Of a stretch of DNA of 64,000 nt, positions 17,105 through 27,665 are shown in pieces. The notes below the pieces were generated by a model. That model saw only the letters and a program-made list of their open reading frames with translations, ran no database searches and had not been told where the DNA came from. The stretch is from the NCBI GenBank assembly GCA_017482355.1, contig JAFUNJ010000002.1:11092-75091 (forward strand). The letters are read 5' to 3'. Both the position numbers and the translations under genes were made by a program. How positions within the stretch are numbered: position 1 is the first letter of the stretch; every line of letters starts with the position of its first letter. This DNA comes from Clostridia bacterium (GTDB taxonomy: Bacteria; Bacillota; Clostridia; Oscillospirales; CAG-272).

Positions 17105-17240
17105 TGCCTCGACGATCCGCGCAAAAACAATGTTGCTTTGCTTACAAGACGGGCGAGCAATGCTCGCCCCTACGAGGACGTTTGGAATCCTCTTGTAGGG
17201 GCGACCATTGGTCGCCCGTGTAAAAACGATGTTGCTCCTT
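17105..17240. repeat. Family-1-related hairpin block
   Basis: cctcgacgatccgcgcaaaaacaatgttgc, gggcgagc-aa-tgctcgccc and gtaggggcgacc-attg-gtcgcccgtgtaaaaacgatgttgc. Confidence 0.7.
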
Positions 17241-17259
17241 TAGTATTTCCTTTTAACTC

Positions 17260-17288
17260 TTGACTGACGGCGCAGTTCGGGATATAAT
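17260..17288 (+). promoter_or_regulatory. Sigma-A type promoter of pepF
   Basis: TTGACT, 17-nt spacer, TATAAT. Confidence 0.6.
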
Positions 17289-17321
17289 ATAAATAACGTT
17301 ATTTAATGGAAGGTAACAATT

Positions 17322-19121
17322 ATGAGCATGAAAAAGATACCGCTTAGATCCGAGGTCTTAAAGGAAAACACCTGGGCGACCGAGGACATATTTGAAGACG
17401 ACGCGGCATGGGAAAAGGCGTTTGAGGAAGCTCAGTCATACCCTGCTAAGATCGCGTCCTTCGCAGGCAAGATCAGCGCAAGCGCTGAGGGTCTACTTGA
17501 ATACCTGACCTTTGATGAGGAAGCAGACATTGTTCTTACGAAGCTGTACAGCTACGCTCATCTCAATTCCGATACCGACACCGGTAACGCGAACTATCAG
17601 GCGATGGTCGGCAGATCCTATTCGTTCTTCGTTCAGTGCGGCGCGGCAAGCGCGTTTGCTACTCCCGAGCTTATCGGAATCGACGACGAGACGATGGAGC
17701 GCTTCTACAAGGAAGAGCCGCGCCTTGAGCTTTACCGCCGTTATCTTGACAGAATAAGAAAAAAGCGTCCTCACGTTCTCTCCGAAAGCGAGGAAAAGCT
17801 TCTCGCAGGCGCGTCCGAGATCTCGGGTGCGGCGAACACTATCGGCTCCTTCTTCCGCAACGCCGATCTCCGATTCCCCGACATCGTTGACGGCGAGGGC
17901 AACACCCGCCAGCTCACGCAGGGCTCCTATATTCCTTGCGTTGAAAGCTCCGACAGAGTTCTCCGCAAGAACGCCTTTGATGCGCTTTATCACACCTTCG
18001 GCTCCTTCAAGAACACAACTGCCGCGCTTCTTGACGCGCAGATGAGACAGCTCAAGTTCTTCGCATCCTCGCGCAAGTACGGAAGCGCTCTTGAAGCTTC
18101 TCTTGCGAGAACCGAGGTTCCGACCGAGGTTTATCACAATCTCATCGCAACCGTTCACAAGAACATGCCTCTCATGCACCGCTACATGGCGCTCCGCAAG
18201 AAGCTTATGAAGCTTGACGAGCTTCATATGTACGACATTTATCCGACCCTCGTCTCCGAGGCAGAGAACGTAATTCCCTTTGAAGAAGCGAAGAAGATCA
18301 CACTTGAGGCGCTCAAGCCCCTCGGCGAAGATTACCTGAAGGTAGTCAAGCACGCTTACGAGAACAGATGGATCGACGTTTACGAGAACGTCGGCAAGCG
18401 CGGCGGCGCATATTCGTCGGGCGCTCGTCCTCATCCTTACGTGCTTCTCAATCACGAAGATACGTTAAATTCCATGTTCACCCTCGCGCACGAGATGGGA
18501 CACGCGATGCATTCCTACCTCTCTAAGGAAACACAGCCGACTGTTTACGCTGATTACGTTATCTTCGTAGCAGAGGTCGCATCGACCTGCAACGAGGCGC
18601 TTCTCATGTCGCATCTTCTCTCGAAGACCACCGACAAGGCAGGCAGAGCGTACCTCATAAACTACTTCCTTGAGCAGTTCCGTACTACCCTTTACCGTCA
18701 GACGATGTTCGCAGAATTTGAGCTCGAAATGTCTAAGCTCGTTGAGGGCGGACAGTCGCTCACCGCTGACACGCTTTGCAAGATCTACCACCGTCTTAAC
18801 GAGGAATACTACGGTCCTGCAGTTACTATTGATCCCGAGATCGACATGGAGTGGGCAAGAATCCCTCATTTCTTCATGAATTTCTACGTATTCCAGTACG
18901 CGACGGGCTTCTCGGCTGCAATGGCGCTTTCGCGCAAGATCCTGAACGAGGGCGACGAGGCAGTCAAGAAATACCTCGGCTTCCTCTCCGCGGGATGCTC
19001 CGATACGCCTATTGAGATTCTCAAGAAAGCAGGCGTCGATATGGCGACCGCCGAGCCGATCGAGACCGCGCTCAAGACGTTCGAAGAGCTTCTTGACGAG
19101 TTCGAAGAGCTTATGGCTTAA
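17322..19121 (+). CDS. pepF: Oligoendopeptidase F (M3B)
   Basis: 599 aa. HEMGHAMH zinc motif and M3B-family length and layout. Confidence 0.92.
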   Translation: MSMKKIPLRSEVLKENTWATEDIFEDDAAWEKAFEEAQSYPAKIASFAGKISASAEGLLEYLTFDEEADIVLTKLYSYAHLNSDTDTGNANYQAMVGRSYSFFVQCGAASAFATPELIGIDDETMERFYKEEPRLELYRRYLDRIRKKRPHVLSESEEKLLAGASEISGAANTIGSFFRNADLRFPDIVDGEGNTRQLTQGSYIPCVESSDRVLRKNAFDALYHTFGSFKNTTAALLDAQMRQLKFFASSRKYGSALEASLARTEVPTEVYHNLIATVHKNMPLMHRYMALRKKLMKLDELHMYDIYPTLVSEAENVIPFEEAKKITLEALKPLGEDYLKVVKHAYENRWIDVYENVGKRGGAYSSGARPHPYVLLNHEDTLNSMFTLAHEMGHAMHSYLSKETQPTVYADYVIFVAEVASTCNEALLMSHLLSKTTDKAGRAYLINYFLEQFRTTLYRQTMFAEFELEMSKLVEGGQSLTADTLCKIYHRLNEEYYGPAVTIDPEIDMEWARIPHFFMNFYVFQYATGFSAAMALSRKILNEGDEAVKKYLGFLSAGCSDTPIEILKKAGVDMATAEPIETALKTFEELLDEFEELMA

Positions 19122-19130
19122 AACAAAAAC

Positions 19131-19159
19131 CGCCCGAGTGGAGATCTCCCACTCGGGCG
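19131..19159. terminator. Bidirectional terminator between convergent genes
   Basis: Perfect 13-bp palindrome cgcccgagtggga-gatc-tcccactcgggcg. Confidence 0.7.
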
Positions 19160-19165
19160 ATATTA

Positions 19166-20473
19166 TCATTTCGCTATTATCGGTCGCTTTTCAAGGACGA
19201 GCTTAGTAAACAGGATATCAATGACGATAATGAAAAAAGCTATTACTGCGAGAACCTGCTGTCCGTAGACCTTGATCCCGAAGAGCTGATTTCCGTTCTT
19301 CTGTACCGTCTCGAAGATCGACGCTCCGATAAGCGACGCGCCGAAGCCGCATATTCCTCCTATACTGTTCATTATCGCGACAGCTTCAACGTAATATTTT
19401 GAATCGACGTAGTTGAACGCTATATTACCGGAATTCTGCCCGATAGCCACCGTTGCGGAATTATATATCAGTACATAGAATATCATCATCCACCAGATTT
19501 TCGGTGTCGTGAACACGATACAAAGCGTCGCAACCGCCGCTATGCTAAATCCGAGGTTAAGTCCGTATGCGTAATTGCGCTTATCGGTATAGTCAGCGAT
19601 TAGCTTTGAAGACAGCATTTGCGCAAACGAGCTTCCGATGCCCAATCCTGCAATCAGAGTAAGACTCATCCCGAGCTCCTTGATCTGATAAATGCCGATA
19701 AAGCCGACAAAAATTCCCGACCCTACGCACCAAAGAGCGTATGCGAAGATCGCGCAAATGTAGCTTTTATTCGAGAAAAGCATCCTTATTACTTCCGAAA
19801 CTTTGAGAGTATGTGCGCGCTCCTCCGGCTCCTGCTTTACGTTCGTCATACAAGCAAGGCATATAAGATCGACTACGTTAAACACGAGGATCAATATTGC
19901 AAGGAAAAGGAATCCTGCGTGATCGCCGTGCGTCTTGCAAAGATAGTCAAAAAGCGCACTTGCGCCGAAGCTCACAACAATGTCGGAAGATAGACTGACG
20001 ATCGAAACCGCCGACGAGAACGATGCTCTGCGCGAGGGGTCAACGAAGCTGCTTGCCCATCTGTAAATTATCGACGCGACCGAAGACCTGCACAGATACC
20101 CGATAAGCAGACATCCGCCGACAAACAGCGATGCAACGCTTGTGGGAAGCTTAAGAAACGGAAGCAGGTACAAAAAGGTAAACAGGCACTGTCCGAGCAT
20201 ATGTATCGGCACTACGGTTTTCTTCACGTTCCTTATCTTCTGAACGAAAAATATCGATATGAGCTGAGAAAAAACGGCAAGCGAAAGCACAGACGAGATT
20301 ATTCCGACGGTCGAGTCGGGAATACCCATATTTGAAAGCAGCTTTGCAAGATATGCGCCACCTATCAGTAACAAAACGAAATACTCGAATGCGGCCTCTA
20401 TTATATACATAAGACGGGAACGCTTAGCGCTCGGAAGGTCAAAGCTTTTTGTGCTCATAAAATTCTCCCTCAC
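19166..20473 (-). CDS. MFS transporter
   Basis: 435 aa with about 12 hydrophobic helices. Promoter TTGACA-17-TATTAT on the minus strand around 20490-20520. Confidence 0.75.
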   Translation of the reverse strand: MRENFMSTKSFDLPSAKRSRLMYIIEAAFEYFVLLLIGGAYLAKLLSNMGIPDSTVGIISSVLSLAVFSQLISIFFVQKIRNVKKTVVPIHMLGQCLFTFLYLLPFLKLPTSVASLFVGGCLLIGYLCRSSVASIIYRWASSFVDPSRRASFSSAVSIVSLSSDIVVSFGASALFDYLCKTHGDHAGFLFLAILILVFNVVDLICLACMTNVKQEPEERAHTLKVSEVIRMLFSNKSYICAIFAYALWCVGSGIFVGFIGIYQIKELGMSLTLIAGLGIGSSFAQMLSSKLIADYTDKRNYAYGLNLGFSIAAVATLCIVFTTPKIWWMMIFYVLIYNSATVAIGQNSGNIAFNYVDSKYYVEAVAIMNSIGGICGFGASLIGASIFETVQKNGNQLFGIKVYGQQVLAVIAFFIIVIDILFTKLVLEKRPIIAK

Positions 20474-20568
20474 CGATTATTTTCGAGGTCATAATAGCAT
20501 CTTTTACAAGGTTTGTCAATATGATTTTTGATAAATTTTTATTTCTTGACATGACGGTCGTTTGACGC

Positions 20569-20594
20569 AAAAAAGCACCCTTTCGGGTGCTTTT
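20569..20594 (-). terminator. Rho-independent terminator of the Fur-family gene
   Basis: Minus strand: gcaccc-gaaa-gggtgc followed by T6, immediately after the stop codon. Confidence 0.75.
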
Positions 20595-20999
20595 TCATTT
20601 GCAGTTTTCGCATATACCGTAGAATACGGTTTTGGAAAAATCGACCGTGAATCCGTGGTCGGATGCGATATGTGAAGCGATCCTCTTCAGCTCCTCGCAC
20701 TCGGCGTGAATGAGGGCTCCGCAGACGGCGCATTTGAGGTGAAAATGCTCGTGACAACCGCTATGACCGTCGTTTCGCTGATAGCAGGATGCCGCTCCGT
20801 CTACTATATATTTGCGAAGCTCGCCGCTTTCCGACAGGCGGTCTATCGTGCGGTAGACAGTTGCCTGCCCGATCGGCAGACCTTTATCCGACAGCTTCTT
20901 TACTACGTCGGACGCCGTGAAATGTGCCTGCCCGAACTCGGATATCGCTTTCAGTATTTCGTCCTTTTGACGTGTATTGTATACTCGTTTTTCGTTCAT
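20595..20999 (-). CDS. Fur-family transcriptional regulator (Fur/Zur/PerR type)
   Basis: wHTH N-domain and metal sites HEHFHLKCAVCG ... CENCK. Start reassigned to MNEKRVY (ATG 20997-20999, RBS AGAGGA). The ORF-track N-extension to 21074 is probably not translated. Confidence 0.85.
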   Translation of the reverse strand: MNEKRVYNTRQKDEILKAISEFGQAHFTASDVVKKLSDKGLPIGQATVYRTIDRLSESGELRKYIVDGAASCYQRNDGHSGCHEHFHLKCAVCGALIHAECEELKRIASHIASDHGFTVDFSKTVFYGICENCK

Positions 21000-21068
21000 G
21001 GCGGTTGTTTTTCCTCTTTCCGTGTACGTTTTTGTCGATAAACGTTGTTCAAATTTTTCGCAAAATGC

Positions 21069-21097
21069 TTGCAAACGTCCTTGCTCTGTGATACAAT
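21069..21097 (+). promoter_or_regulatory. Sigma-A type promoter of the lipoprotein gene
   Basis: TTGCAA, 17-nt spacer with TGa, TACAAT. Confidence 0.55.
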
Positions 21098-21134
21098 GTT
21101 GGTATTCAGTTAATATGAAAGGACATTTTAGATC

Positions 21135-21887
21135 ATGAAAAAACTACTTCTCATTCTTCTCGCGCTTACCCTCGCATTTTCGTCATTCTCTCTCGTTTCC
21201 TGCGACAAAGAAGATGGCAAAAAATTCATCGAGACGCTCAAGGGTAAGACTCCCGAAGAGATCTACGAGCTGTCGCGCACAAAGCTTAAGGACGCTACCT
21301 CTTACTCCGTAACCGCTTCTCAGGTAATCACCATGACCGCAAACGGTCAGACGTTAACCATGAATCAGTCGGTCATAAGCAAGATCAACGGCGATAACAG
21401 CTACGTAAAGATGACAAATGACTATACCTCTTCCGCAAACATGGAAGCTTGGTACGTTGACGGTATCGTTTACTCCTCCATGGCAGGCGTCAAAGCTAAA
21501 GCAGAGATCTCAAAGGAAAAATTCATGGAAGAATACATGAATACAGATCCGTCCGAAAGCACTCTTCTTGACATTCCCGAAAGCTGGTTTGCAGATATTA
21601 AGTTTGAGGCAGACGGCAAGGGTTGGGCTCTTAACTTCGTTGTTGACGGCGAAAAGTGGTCAGAGGTGCTCGGTAACGTCGGTCTTGGCGGAACGATCTC
21701 CGGCAACGTAAACTACAAGCTGCACTTTGATGACGACGGCAACATCGAAAAGCTCACCACTACGTTCGACATGACCGTAAGCGGCGTTAAGGCAAGCTGC
21801 GTTTCCGAGTCTATCATCAAGATCGAGAACGTTACTATCACACCTCCCGAGGATGCTGACAGCTACCAGACTGTTGTTCTTCCTTAA
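21135..21887 (+). CDS. Lipoprotein, unknown function
   Basis: Signal peptide with lipobox LVSC. 250 aa, beta-rich, no recognisable motif. Confidence 0.6.
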   Translation: MKKLLLILLALTLAFSSFSLVSCDKEDGKKFIETLKGKTPEEIYELSRTKLKDATSYSVTASQVITMTANGQTLTMNQSVISKINGDNSYVKMTNDYTSSANMEAWYVDGIVYSSMAGVKAKAEISKEKFMEEYMNTDPSESTLLDIPESWFADIKFEADGKGWALNFVVDGEKWSEVLGNVGLGGTISGNVNYKLHFDDDGNIEKLTTTFDMTVSGVKASCVSESIIKIENVTITPPEDADSYQTVVLP

Positions 21888-21908
21888 GATCCGTAAGTAA
21901 ATTTAATT

Positions 21909-21946
21909 CAAGTCTCCTATAAGCTTTTATAGGAGACTTGTTTTTT
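21909..21946 (+). terminator. Rho-independent terminator
   Basis: caagtctcctataa-gctt-ttataggagacttg followed by T6. Confidence 0.8.
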
Positions 21947-21986
21947 CATTCAAAGCAAACGACGCATTTCATCTGCGTTCTTTCGG

Positions 21987-22352
21987 TCAACAAAGCTCGA
22001 TTCCGATGACGCCGTATTTCTTCTGCTCTTCTGCGGAATAATATTGCTCCATATCGGACGGTTTTGCGTTATCTATATCGTTCGCGGTATATCCGCATTT
22101 TAACAATGGCAAGGATTTATACAGCTCTTCAAAGCTATCAAAGCGGTGCAATTTTACGGCAGTTTTCTCGAGCGTCTCGCCGTTTAAGGTATTCGTGAAA
22201 ACGATTTTATCTCCGACCTTTATTTGTCGGCGCTTTTCGTCATACAAACGCAGCTCTATCGTTTTTTCGCCACTCTTTATCATCTCAAATGGAGCTTGGT
22301 GGAGCTTCATATTGTGATTATCGGTTTGCACGACGGATTCTGTGTGGGTCAT
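21987..22352 (-). CDS. ASCH-domain (PUA-like fold) protein
   Basis: MKLHQAPFEMIKSGEKTIELRLYDEKRRQIKVGDKIVF... matches the ASCH beta-barrel pattern. About 107-121 aa depending on the start. Confidence 0.7.
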   Translation of the reverse strand: MTHTESVVQTDNHNMKLHQAPFEMIKSGEKTIELRLYDEKRRQIKVGDKIVFTNTLNGETLEKTAVKLHRFDSFEELYKSLPLLKCGYTANDIDNAKPSDMEQYYSAEEQKKYGVIGIELC

Positions 22353-22441
22353 AAGAAAAAGTCTCCTAATCGGTCAAAATGGGGGGTGTAACGACAAAAA
22401 GTCTCAAAATCATAGGTGGAAAGTAACATTTGTCCCTAAAC

Positions 22442-23455
22442 TCAATCGAAATCAAACGAACCTTTGAATACCGATGTATGGTGGAATTTCAAATATTCAA
22501 CTCTCTTTTCATCCATAGGAAGTGTTTTGACAAAAGCGTCGTTGGTCAAGCCTATTTGTTTCCATGTATATGGAGATATAAATTCCGATAATATGATGTG
22601 TCTTTTCTCTGTAAAGGTAATAAATCCTCTATCAAACAATTTGTCATAAAGTGGAGACAAAATATATCCGTTATAAGGATCTACTTTTTCTTGATCGTTT
22701 GAGGCCGCCCAAGGTTTAATGTGACTTGCAATAAGCAAGCGTTCGTCGGCAATCATCGTAAACGGGCAGAAGCGGCATTGCTCTAAAAGTTGCTCACGGT
22801 ATTTGCCTTGTCCGTCTCTTGCACGAGTTATTTCCTGTCTTTCGGCTTGCTTTTTCTTACTCGTCTTTTCCTCGACTACTTCGGCAGTAGTCTTTCCTTT
22901 TCCATACCGAAATACCAATGGACCGTTTTGCTTTTCCCATATCGCCTCAAAATCCACAAATAATTTCCAGTAATATAGCGGCGCCGTTTCCGTTCCGACT
23001 TTTTCTACATATATGTAACTAACCAACGGCAACGCAATTTGACGAATAATCTGATATCCATCGTCTTTTGAGTTGATATATCCTCTTGGTCCAACAATTT
23101 GATGCTGATCTGAAATATTAAAGAAAATCACATCATCAAGCTTTGAAATCATCTCCATTCGCTTATTCCACAACTCAGGGAGATCCTCTTTCTTGGCGTA
23201 TTCCTGCGAAGGTGCTGTATATTCGTTTTTAATAGCCAACATATAGGATAATAAATCCGCTTTTAACATAAAACACTTGGCTGTGAATTTTTCTCCACCA
23301 TAAAAGTCATACATCTCATCTTTGGACGAAATATAAAATTTCGCTTCGCCGTGCCCGTGTCCTAATTTGTTGCTTCCGACAACTACACAATCGGGAACGG
23401 TCATCATGTTTGGAAATACTGATATTGTTCGTAAAGTTTCACCGTTAACCTTCAT
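22442..23455 (-). CDS. HNH-family restriction endonuclease (type II R subunit candidate)
   Basis: C-terminal HNH_2-type motif CRFCPF...ASHIKPW...NGYILSPLYDKLFDRGFITF. 11-nt overlap with the methyltransferase gene. AT-rich. Confidence 0.8.
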   Translation of the reverse strand: MKVNGETLRTISVFPNMMTVPDCVVVGSNKLGHGHGEAKFYISSKDEMYDFYGGEKFTAKCFMLKADLLSYMLAIKNEYTAPSQEYAKKEDLPELWNKRMEMISKLDDVIFFNISDQHQIVGPRGYINSKDDGYQIIRQIALPLVSYIYVEKVGTETAPLYYWKLFVDFEAIWEKQNGPLVFRYGKGKTTAEVVEEKTSKKKQAERQEITRARDGQGKYREQLLEQCRFCPFTMIADERLLIASHIKPWAASNDQEKVDPYNGYILSPLYDKLFDRGFITFTEKRHIILSEFISPYTWKQIGLTNDAFVKTLPMDEKRVEYLKFHHTSVFKGSFDFD

Positions 23456-24767
23456 AATTTACTCCATACGTTGTAATATCCATCTGCTTTAGAATTGCAA
23501 TAAGAACATCTACAACAATACTATTTCCTGATTGCTGATACATAGATGTATCCGAAACTACAATCTTAAAGGAATCCTTAAAGCCCATCAAGCGTAAACA
23601 TTCGCGTGGTGTAAGTTTTCTAATTCTACCTTTGTGCGTTACATAATTATCAACTCCAGCACGATGCATTTTGTGCATTGTTTGAAGAAGAGGTCTTGCT
23701 ACATCCAAATCTGTTTTGGTAGAAGTTCTAAACCCCTTCGTTCCACCTGCCAAAACATACTTTGCGACTTTTTCGGAAAGATAGTATTTTTCTTCAACAT
23801 CCCTTACGTCAAAAATAAATTCATCAAAATCTTCCTCAAAGGGTTCTCCCTCTGCGACAGGATGATATACGAAATCGCCGTGCCAATTAAACTGTTGATT
23901 CCTCTTTTGACAAAGAGCTATATCGCCATTCACCTGTGTGTAGCTTTTTTCTCTGTTTTTATGACTTGTTACAAATTTAATACCTTTCTCCTTGAGGAAA
24001 TATTTCGTATAAGCGTAGTCTTCCAAAAAGTCGTACATTCTATATTCCAACTCAATTGGAGCAGGAAAACGAAACTCGGTAGGTTTCTTAAATCCTAAGC
24101 AAAAAAGGCGTTCACGATTTTGAGGGATTCCATAATCTTTGCTATTGAGTATTCTAAAATGAACGTCATATCCAAGTTCTTCAAAGATATCATGGATAAC
24201 TTGCCATGTTCTTCCGTTGTCGTGATTTATTAAACCTTTGACATTTTCAAAAAGAAACACTTTAGGTTCGGTTTCCTTTACCACTCTTGCGAACTCATAA
24301 AAAAGTGTTCCGCGTGCATCCTCAAATCCCAAGCGTTTACCTACCATTGAAAACGCCTGACACGGTGCACCGCCAACGATAAAATCAACCTGACCTCTGT
24401 ATTGGGTTGCATCAAATTCTCTAATGTCGGTAAACCAATCATCTTCATTGATTTCATAATTTGCAAAATAACTTTGGCGGCACTTTTCTTCTATATCACC
24501 CGCAAAAACTATTTTGTATTTGAGTTTTAATCTTTGAAAAGCGTGTTCTATTGCTCCTATACCGCTAAAAACAGTGCCCAATCTGACTGTATTATTTGGA
24601 AAAGAAAATGTTTTGGCTTTCCAATCTTCGCTTGATAATTCTTCGGGTGTCGTTTGAAAGGTCTCAACAGCAGACGATCGTGCTTTCACAATTTTTTTGA
24701 CACTATTAATCTTTTCGGACTCTTCATATATGCTTTTTTCTACATCTGTCATTTGTTTACGCATCAT
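23445..24767 (-). CDS. DNA (cytosine-5)-methyltransferase
   Basis: Motifs I FSGIGAIEHAF, IV GGAPCQAFS, VI ENVKGL, VIII QNRERLF, IX-like TPRECLRLMGF and X GNSIVVDV. Confidence 0.93.
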   Translation of the reverse strand: MMRKQMTDVEKSIYEESEKINSVKKIVKARSSAVETFQTTPEELSSEDWKAKTFSFPNNTVRLGTVFSGIGAIEHAFQRLKLKYKIVFAGDIEEKCRQSYFANYEINEDDWFTDIREFDATQYRGQVDFIVGGAPCQAFSMVGKRLGFEDARGTLFYEFARVVKETEPKVFLFENVKGLINHDNGRTWQVIHDIFEELGYDVHFRILNSKDYGIPQNRERLFCLGFKKPTEFRFPAPIELEYRMYDFLEDYAYTKYFLKEKGIKFVTSHKNREKSYTQVNGDIALCQKRNQQFNWHGDFVYHPVAEGEPFEEDFDEFIFDVRDVEEKYYLSEKVAKYVLAGGTKGFRTSTKTDLDVARPLLQTMHKMHRAGVDNYVTHKGRIRKLTPRECLRLMGFKDSFKIVVSDTSMYQQSGNSIVVDVLIAILKQMDITTYGVNYEG

Positions 24768-24807
24768 ACTTCCTCTCTTTCAACATCAATTATATCGTCA
24801 AAATTGC

Positions 24808-26112
24808 TTATTTTCGTGTGAGACAAACGACACTCTCGACATGTCCAGTTCGAGGGAACATATCAACGGAAGTTACCGTTCCCATTTCGTAGCCGGATTC
24901 GATAAGCTTTTTTGCATCGCGTGCGAGGGTCGTTGGGTCACAGGAGACGTAGACGAGCTTGCCCAGATTACTTTTCGCGATCTTCTCTGTCAGCTCCGCC
25001 GACATTCCCTTACGGGGCGGGTCAATGAAGACACAGTCGAAATCGCCGATCTCAAAGGTCATCGCGTCGGCGCAGATAAAGGTTGCATTTTCTATGCCGT
25101 TAAGACGTGCGTTCGCTTTTGCATTTTCAACTGCCTGCGGGATTATCTCGATGCCGAGGACTGATGCTTCGGGGCGCGATTTCGCAAACGAAATTCCGAT
25201 TGTTCCTGCTCCGCAGTACAGGTCTGCGACCTTTTTTGCGTCACCTGCGCGCTTGATGGCTTCGTTATACAGAAGCTCGGCGCACGAGCGGTTGACTTGA
25301 TAAAAAGAGAGCGACGAGATTCCGAATCGGCAATCGCAGAGGACATCTTCGATTTTGTCGGTGCCATAGAGCACCTTTATTTTTTTGCCGAGAATAACGT
25401 TCGTTTCCTCGGGGTGTATATTGAGAATCACGCTTACGACGCTCGGAAATCGCTTTATCAATATTTCGGCAAATTCCTTTTCACCCTTGAGCGACTCGTT
25501 CGGCGTGACGAGGCAGGTCATAATCTGTCCCGTTTTTTCGGCGAGGCGGAGATAAATGTGCTTTACCTGCCATTTTTTGCTCTTTATATAGCCCGAGACG
25601 AAGGATGCTATCTCAGAAAGCTCGGGCGCGGTAAGGTCGCACCTTTCGCACGGAATTACGGTATGAGAATGGCGCGCATAATAGCCGATATTTCCGTTTT
25701 CGTCTATCGGGTACTGCGCCTTATTGCGGTAGCCGCCGGTTCTTCCGTCGGTCAGCACCTCGTTTACGACCGCGTCAATGCCGTTTTTTCTGAAAGCCGA
25801 GATAACAATATTTCTTTTCAGCTCAAGCTCATATTCGCGGCTTATGTGTCTGAAAGAACATCCGCCGCAACGCGGAAAGACCGCGCAGTCGGGGCATTCA
25901 CGGTAGGTTGACGGAGTTATTATTTTCTCTATTCTTGCGACCCCGTAGTCCTTTGCGGCTTTTATTATTTTGATTTCAAGCTCGTCGCCCGTCACGCCGC
26001 CGTCGACGAAGGTTACGATACCGTCCACCCTGGCGACCCCGTAGCCGAGGTCGTTCATATCGGTGACTGTGACGGTATGATAAGTATTCTTTTTCAGCAT
26101 TTCGCTCACCAA
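24808..26112 (-). CDS. rlmD: 23S rRNA (uracil-C5)-methyltransferase, RumA/RlmD family
   Basis: N-terminal TRAM, Cys cluster [20 protein letters not shown] motif [10 protein letters not shown] and catalytic YVSCDP. Confidence 0.85.
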   Translation of the reverse strand: MVSEMLKKNTYHTVTVTDMNDLGYGVARVDGIVTFVDGGVTGDELEIKIIKAAKDYGVARIEKIITPSTYRECPDCAVFPRCGGCSFRHISREYELELKRNIVISAFRKNGIDAVVNEVLTDGRTGGYRNKAQYPIDENGNIGYYARHSHTVIPCERCDLTAPELSEIASFVSGYIKSKKWQVKHIYLRLAEKTGQIMTCLVTPNESLKGEKEFAEILIKRFPSVVSVILNIHPEETNVILGKKIKVLYGTDKIEDVLCDCRFGISSLSFYQVNRSCAELLYNEAIKRAGDAKKVADLYCGAGTIGISFAKSRPEASVLGIEIIPQAVENAKANARLNGIENATFICADAMTFEIGDFDCVFIDPPRKGMSAELTEKIAKSNLGKLVYVSCDPTTLARDAKKLIESGYEMGTVTSVDMFPRTGHVESVVCLTRK

Positions 26113-27644
26113 TACTTTCTGTCGAGCGAGCGGAGCTGTATCGCCTCCGCGATATGTTTGGCTTCTATGTTTTCGCTTCCGTCGAGGTCGGCAATCGTTC
26201 TCGAAACACGTAAAATTCTATCGTATCCTCTGCCCGAAAGCCCCATTTTCTCGAATGCGTTTTTGAGCAGATTCGACGCGGCATCGGAAAGCTGACAGTA
26301 TTTTCTTATCTGCGAGGATTCCATTCCTGCGTTACTAAAGGTTGTCTCACCGTTTGAGCGGAAGCGGTTTACCGCGCGACGGCGCGCCTCAACGACGCGT
26401 GCGCGAACGGTTTCGGAGGATTCCTCCTTCTTATCCGACGCAAGCTCATCGTAGGATAGCGACGGCACCTCTATCTGAATATCTATGCGGTCAAGAAGCG
26501 GACCGCTTATCTTCTGCAAATAATCGGATATATCCTTTTTGCGGCAAGTACACTGACGCGTCGGATGTCCGTAGTAGCCACATCTGCAGGGGTTCATCGC
26601 GCAGACGAGCATAAACGAGCAGGGGAAGGTCACTCTTCCCGACGCTCTCGTTATCGTTATTTTACGGTCCTCGAGGGGCTGACGGAGCACCTCTGCCGAG
26701 GATTTTGAATATTCGGGAAGCTCATCGAGGAAGAGGACACCGTTATGCGCAAGGGATATTTCGCCCGGCATCGGTATAGTTCCGCCGCCTGCGAGGGCGA
26801 TAGGAGAAAGCGTATGATGTGGCGAGCGAAAGGGTCTGCTCGTTAGAAGTGAGACGTTTTCGGGAAGTATTCCTGCGACGGAATGAAGCTTCGTCGTTTC
26901 TATTGCCTCTTCGAAATCGAGAGGAGGAAGAATACTCGGTATGCGCTTTGCCAGCATGCTTTTTCCTGTACCGGGAGGTCCGATAAGGAGAACGTTATGA
27001 CCGCCCGCAGCAGCAATTTCAAGCGCTCTTTTTGCCTTTTCCTGTCCCTTTACGTCGGAAAAGTCGAAGCCGAAGGACGTGCTTCCGTCTTCAAAGAGCT
27101 TCATATCAAAGACTGTCGGTGAGATCTGTGCTTCATTTTTTAGGTGAAGAATAAGCTCGCGGACGTTACGCACGCCGTAGACCTCTATCCCGTCCGTCAC
27201 CGACGCCTCGCCTGCGTTTTCATAAGGCACGAAGACCTTTTTCTTGCCTGCGTTGCGTGCCGCCAGGCACATACACAGTACGCCCTTAACGCCTCTTACC
27301 TCGCCCGAAAGCGACAGCTCGCCTATAAAGCAGGTGTCCTCTATATCCTTCGGGAGAGAGAGCGCACCGCAGGAGCCGAGAATGCCGATAAGCATAGCAA
27401 GGTCATAAGCCGAGCCCTGCTTTTTCTTATCCGCAGGTGCCATATTTACGGTAATTTCCGCCTCGGGAAATTCAAAGCCGCTGTTTTCAACTGCCGCCTT
27501 GATTCTCTCCCTTGCTTCCTTTACCGCCGCATCGGGCAATCCTACGACTTCAAATTTCGAAAGACGGTTTGCGCAGTTACATTCGACTGTGACCGGAAAT
27601 CCGTCAACGCCTGTAAGTCCTGCCGAGTATATCACTTGGAGCAT
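26106..27644 (-). CDS. YifB/ComM-family Mg-chelatase-like AAA+ ATPase
   Basis: Lon-protease-like N-domain, Walker [14 protein letters not shown], Walker B LFLDELPE and C-terminal [12 protein letters not shown]. Confidence 0.92.
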   Translation of the reverse strand: MLQVIYSAGLTGVDGFPVTVECNCANRLSKFEVVGLPDAAVKEARERIKAAVENSGFEFPEAEITVNMAPADKKKQGSAYDLAMLIGILGSCGALSLPKDIEDTCFIGELSLSGEVRGVKGVLCMCLAARNAGKKKVFVPYENAGEASVTDGIEVYGVRNVRELILHLKNEAQISPTVFDMKLFEDGSTSFGFDFSDVKGQEKAKRALEIAAAGGHNVLLIGPPGTGKSMLAKRIPSILPPLDFEEAIETTKLHSVAGILPENVSLLTSRPFRSPHHTLSPIALAGGGTIPMPGEISLAHNGVLFLDELPEYSKSSAEVLRQPLEDRKITITRASGRVTFPCSFMLVCAMNPCRCGYYGHPTRQCTCRKKDISDYLQKISGPLLDRIDIQIEVPSLSYDELASDKKEESSETVRARVVEARRRAVNRFRSNGETTFSNAGMESSQIRKYCQLSDAASNLLKNAFEKMGLSGRGYDRILRVSRTIADLDGSENIEAKHIAEAIQLRSLDRKYW

Positions 27645-27665
27645 TTCGTTCTCCTCCGATGTTCT

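Noticed and set aside
20500-20550. Fur/Zur/PerR box in front of the MFS gene downstream of the Fur-family regulator.
   Set aside because: Only a weak resemblance (tgatttttgataaa) to 7-1-7 Fur-type boxes. I could not find a convincing palindrome.
20595-21074. ORF-track N-terminal extensions of several genes: Fur-family 21074, DUF4340 30369, ABC ATPase 33634, metY 41928, E2-like 46351, RnfD-like 35041 and ASRT 53767.
   Set aside because: Internal ATG codons with good RBS spacing coincide with the start of family homology or with stop-start overlaps. The upstream extensions overlap promoters or neighbouring genes.
22353-24810. Direct repeats (gtcaaaat; gagacttttt) flanking the restriction-modification cassette as possible target-site duplications.
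   Set aside because: The matches are only 8-10 nt in AT-rich DNA, and their positions do not cleanly bracket the compositional boundary. They are not distinguishable from chance.
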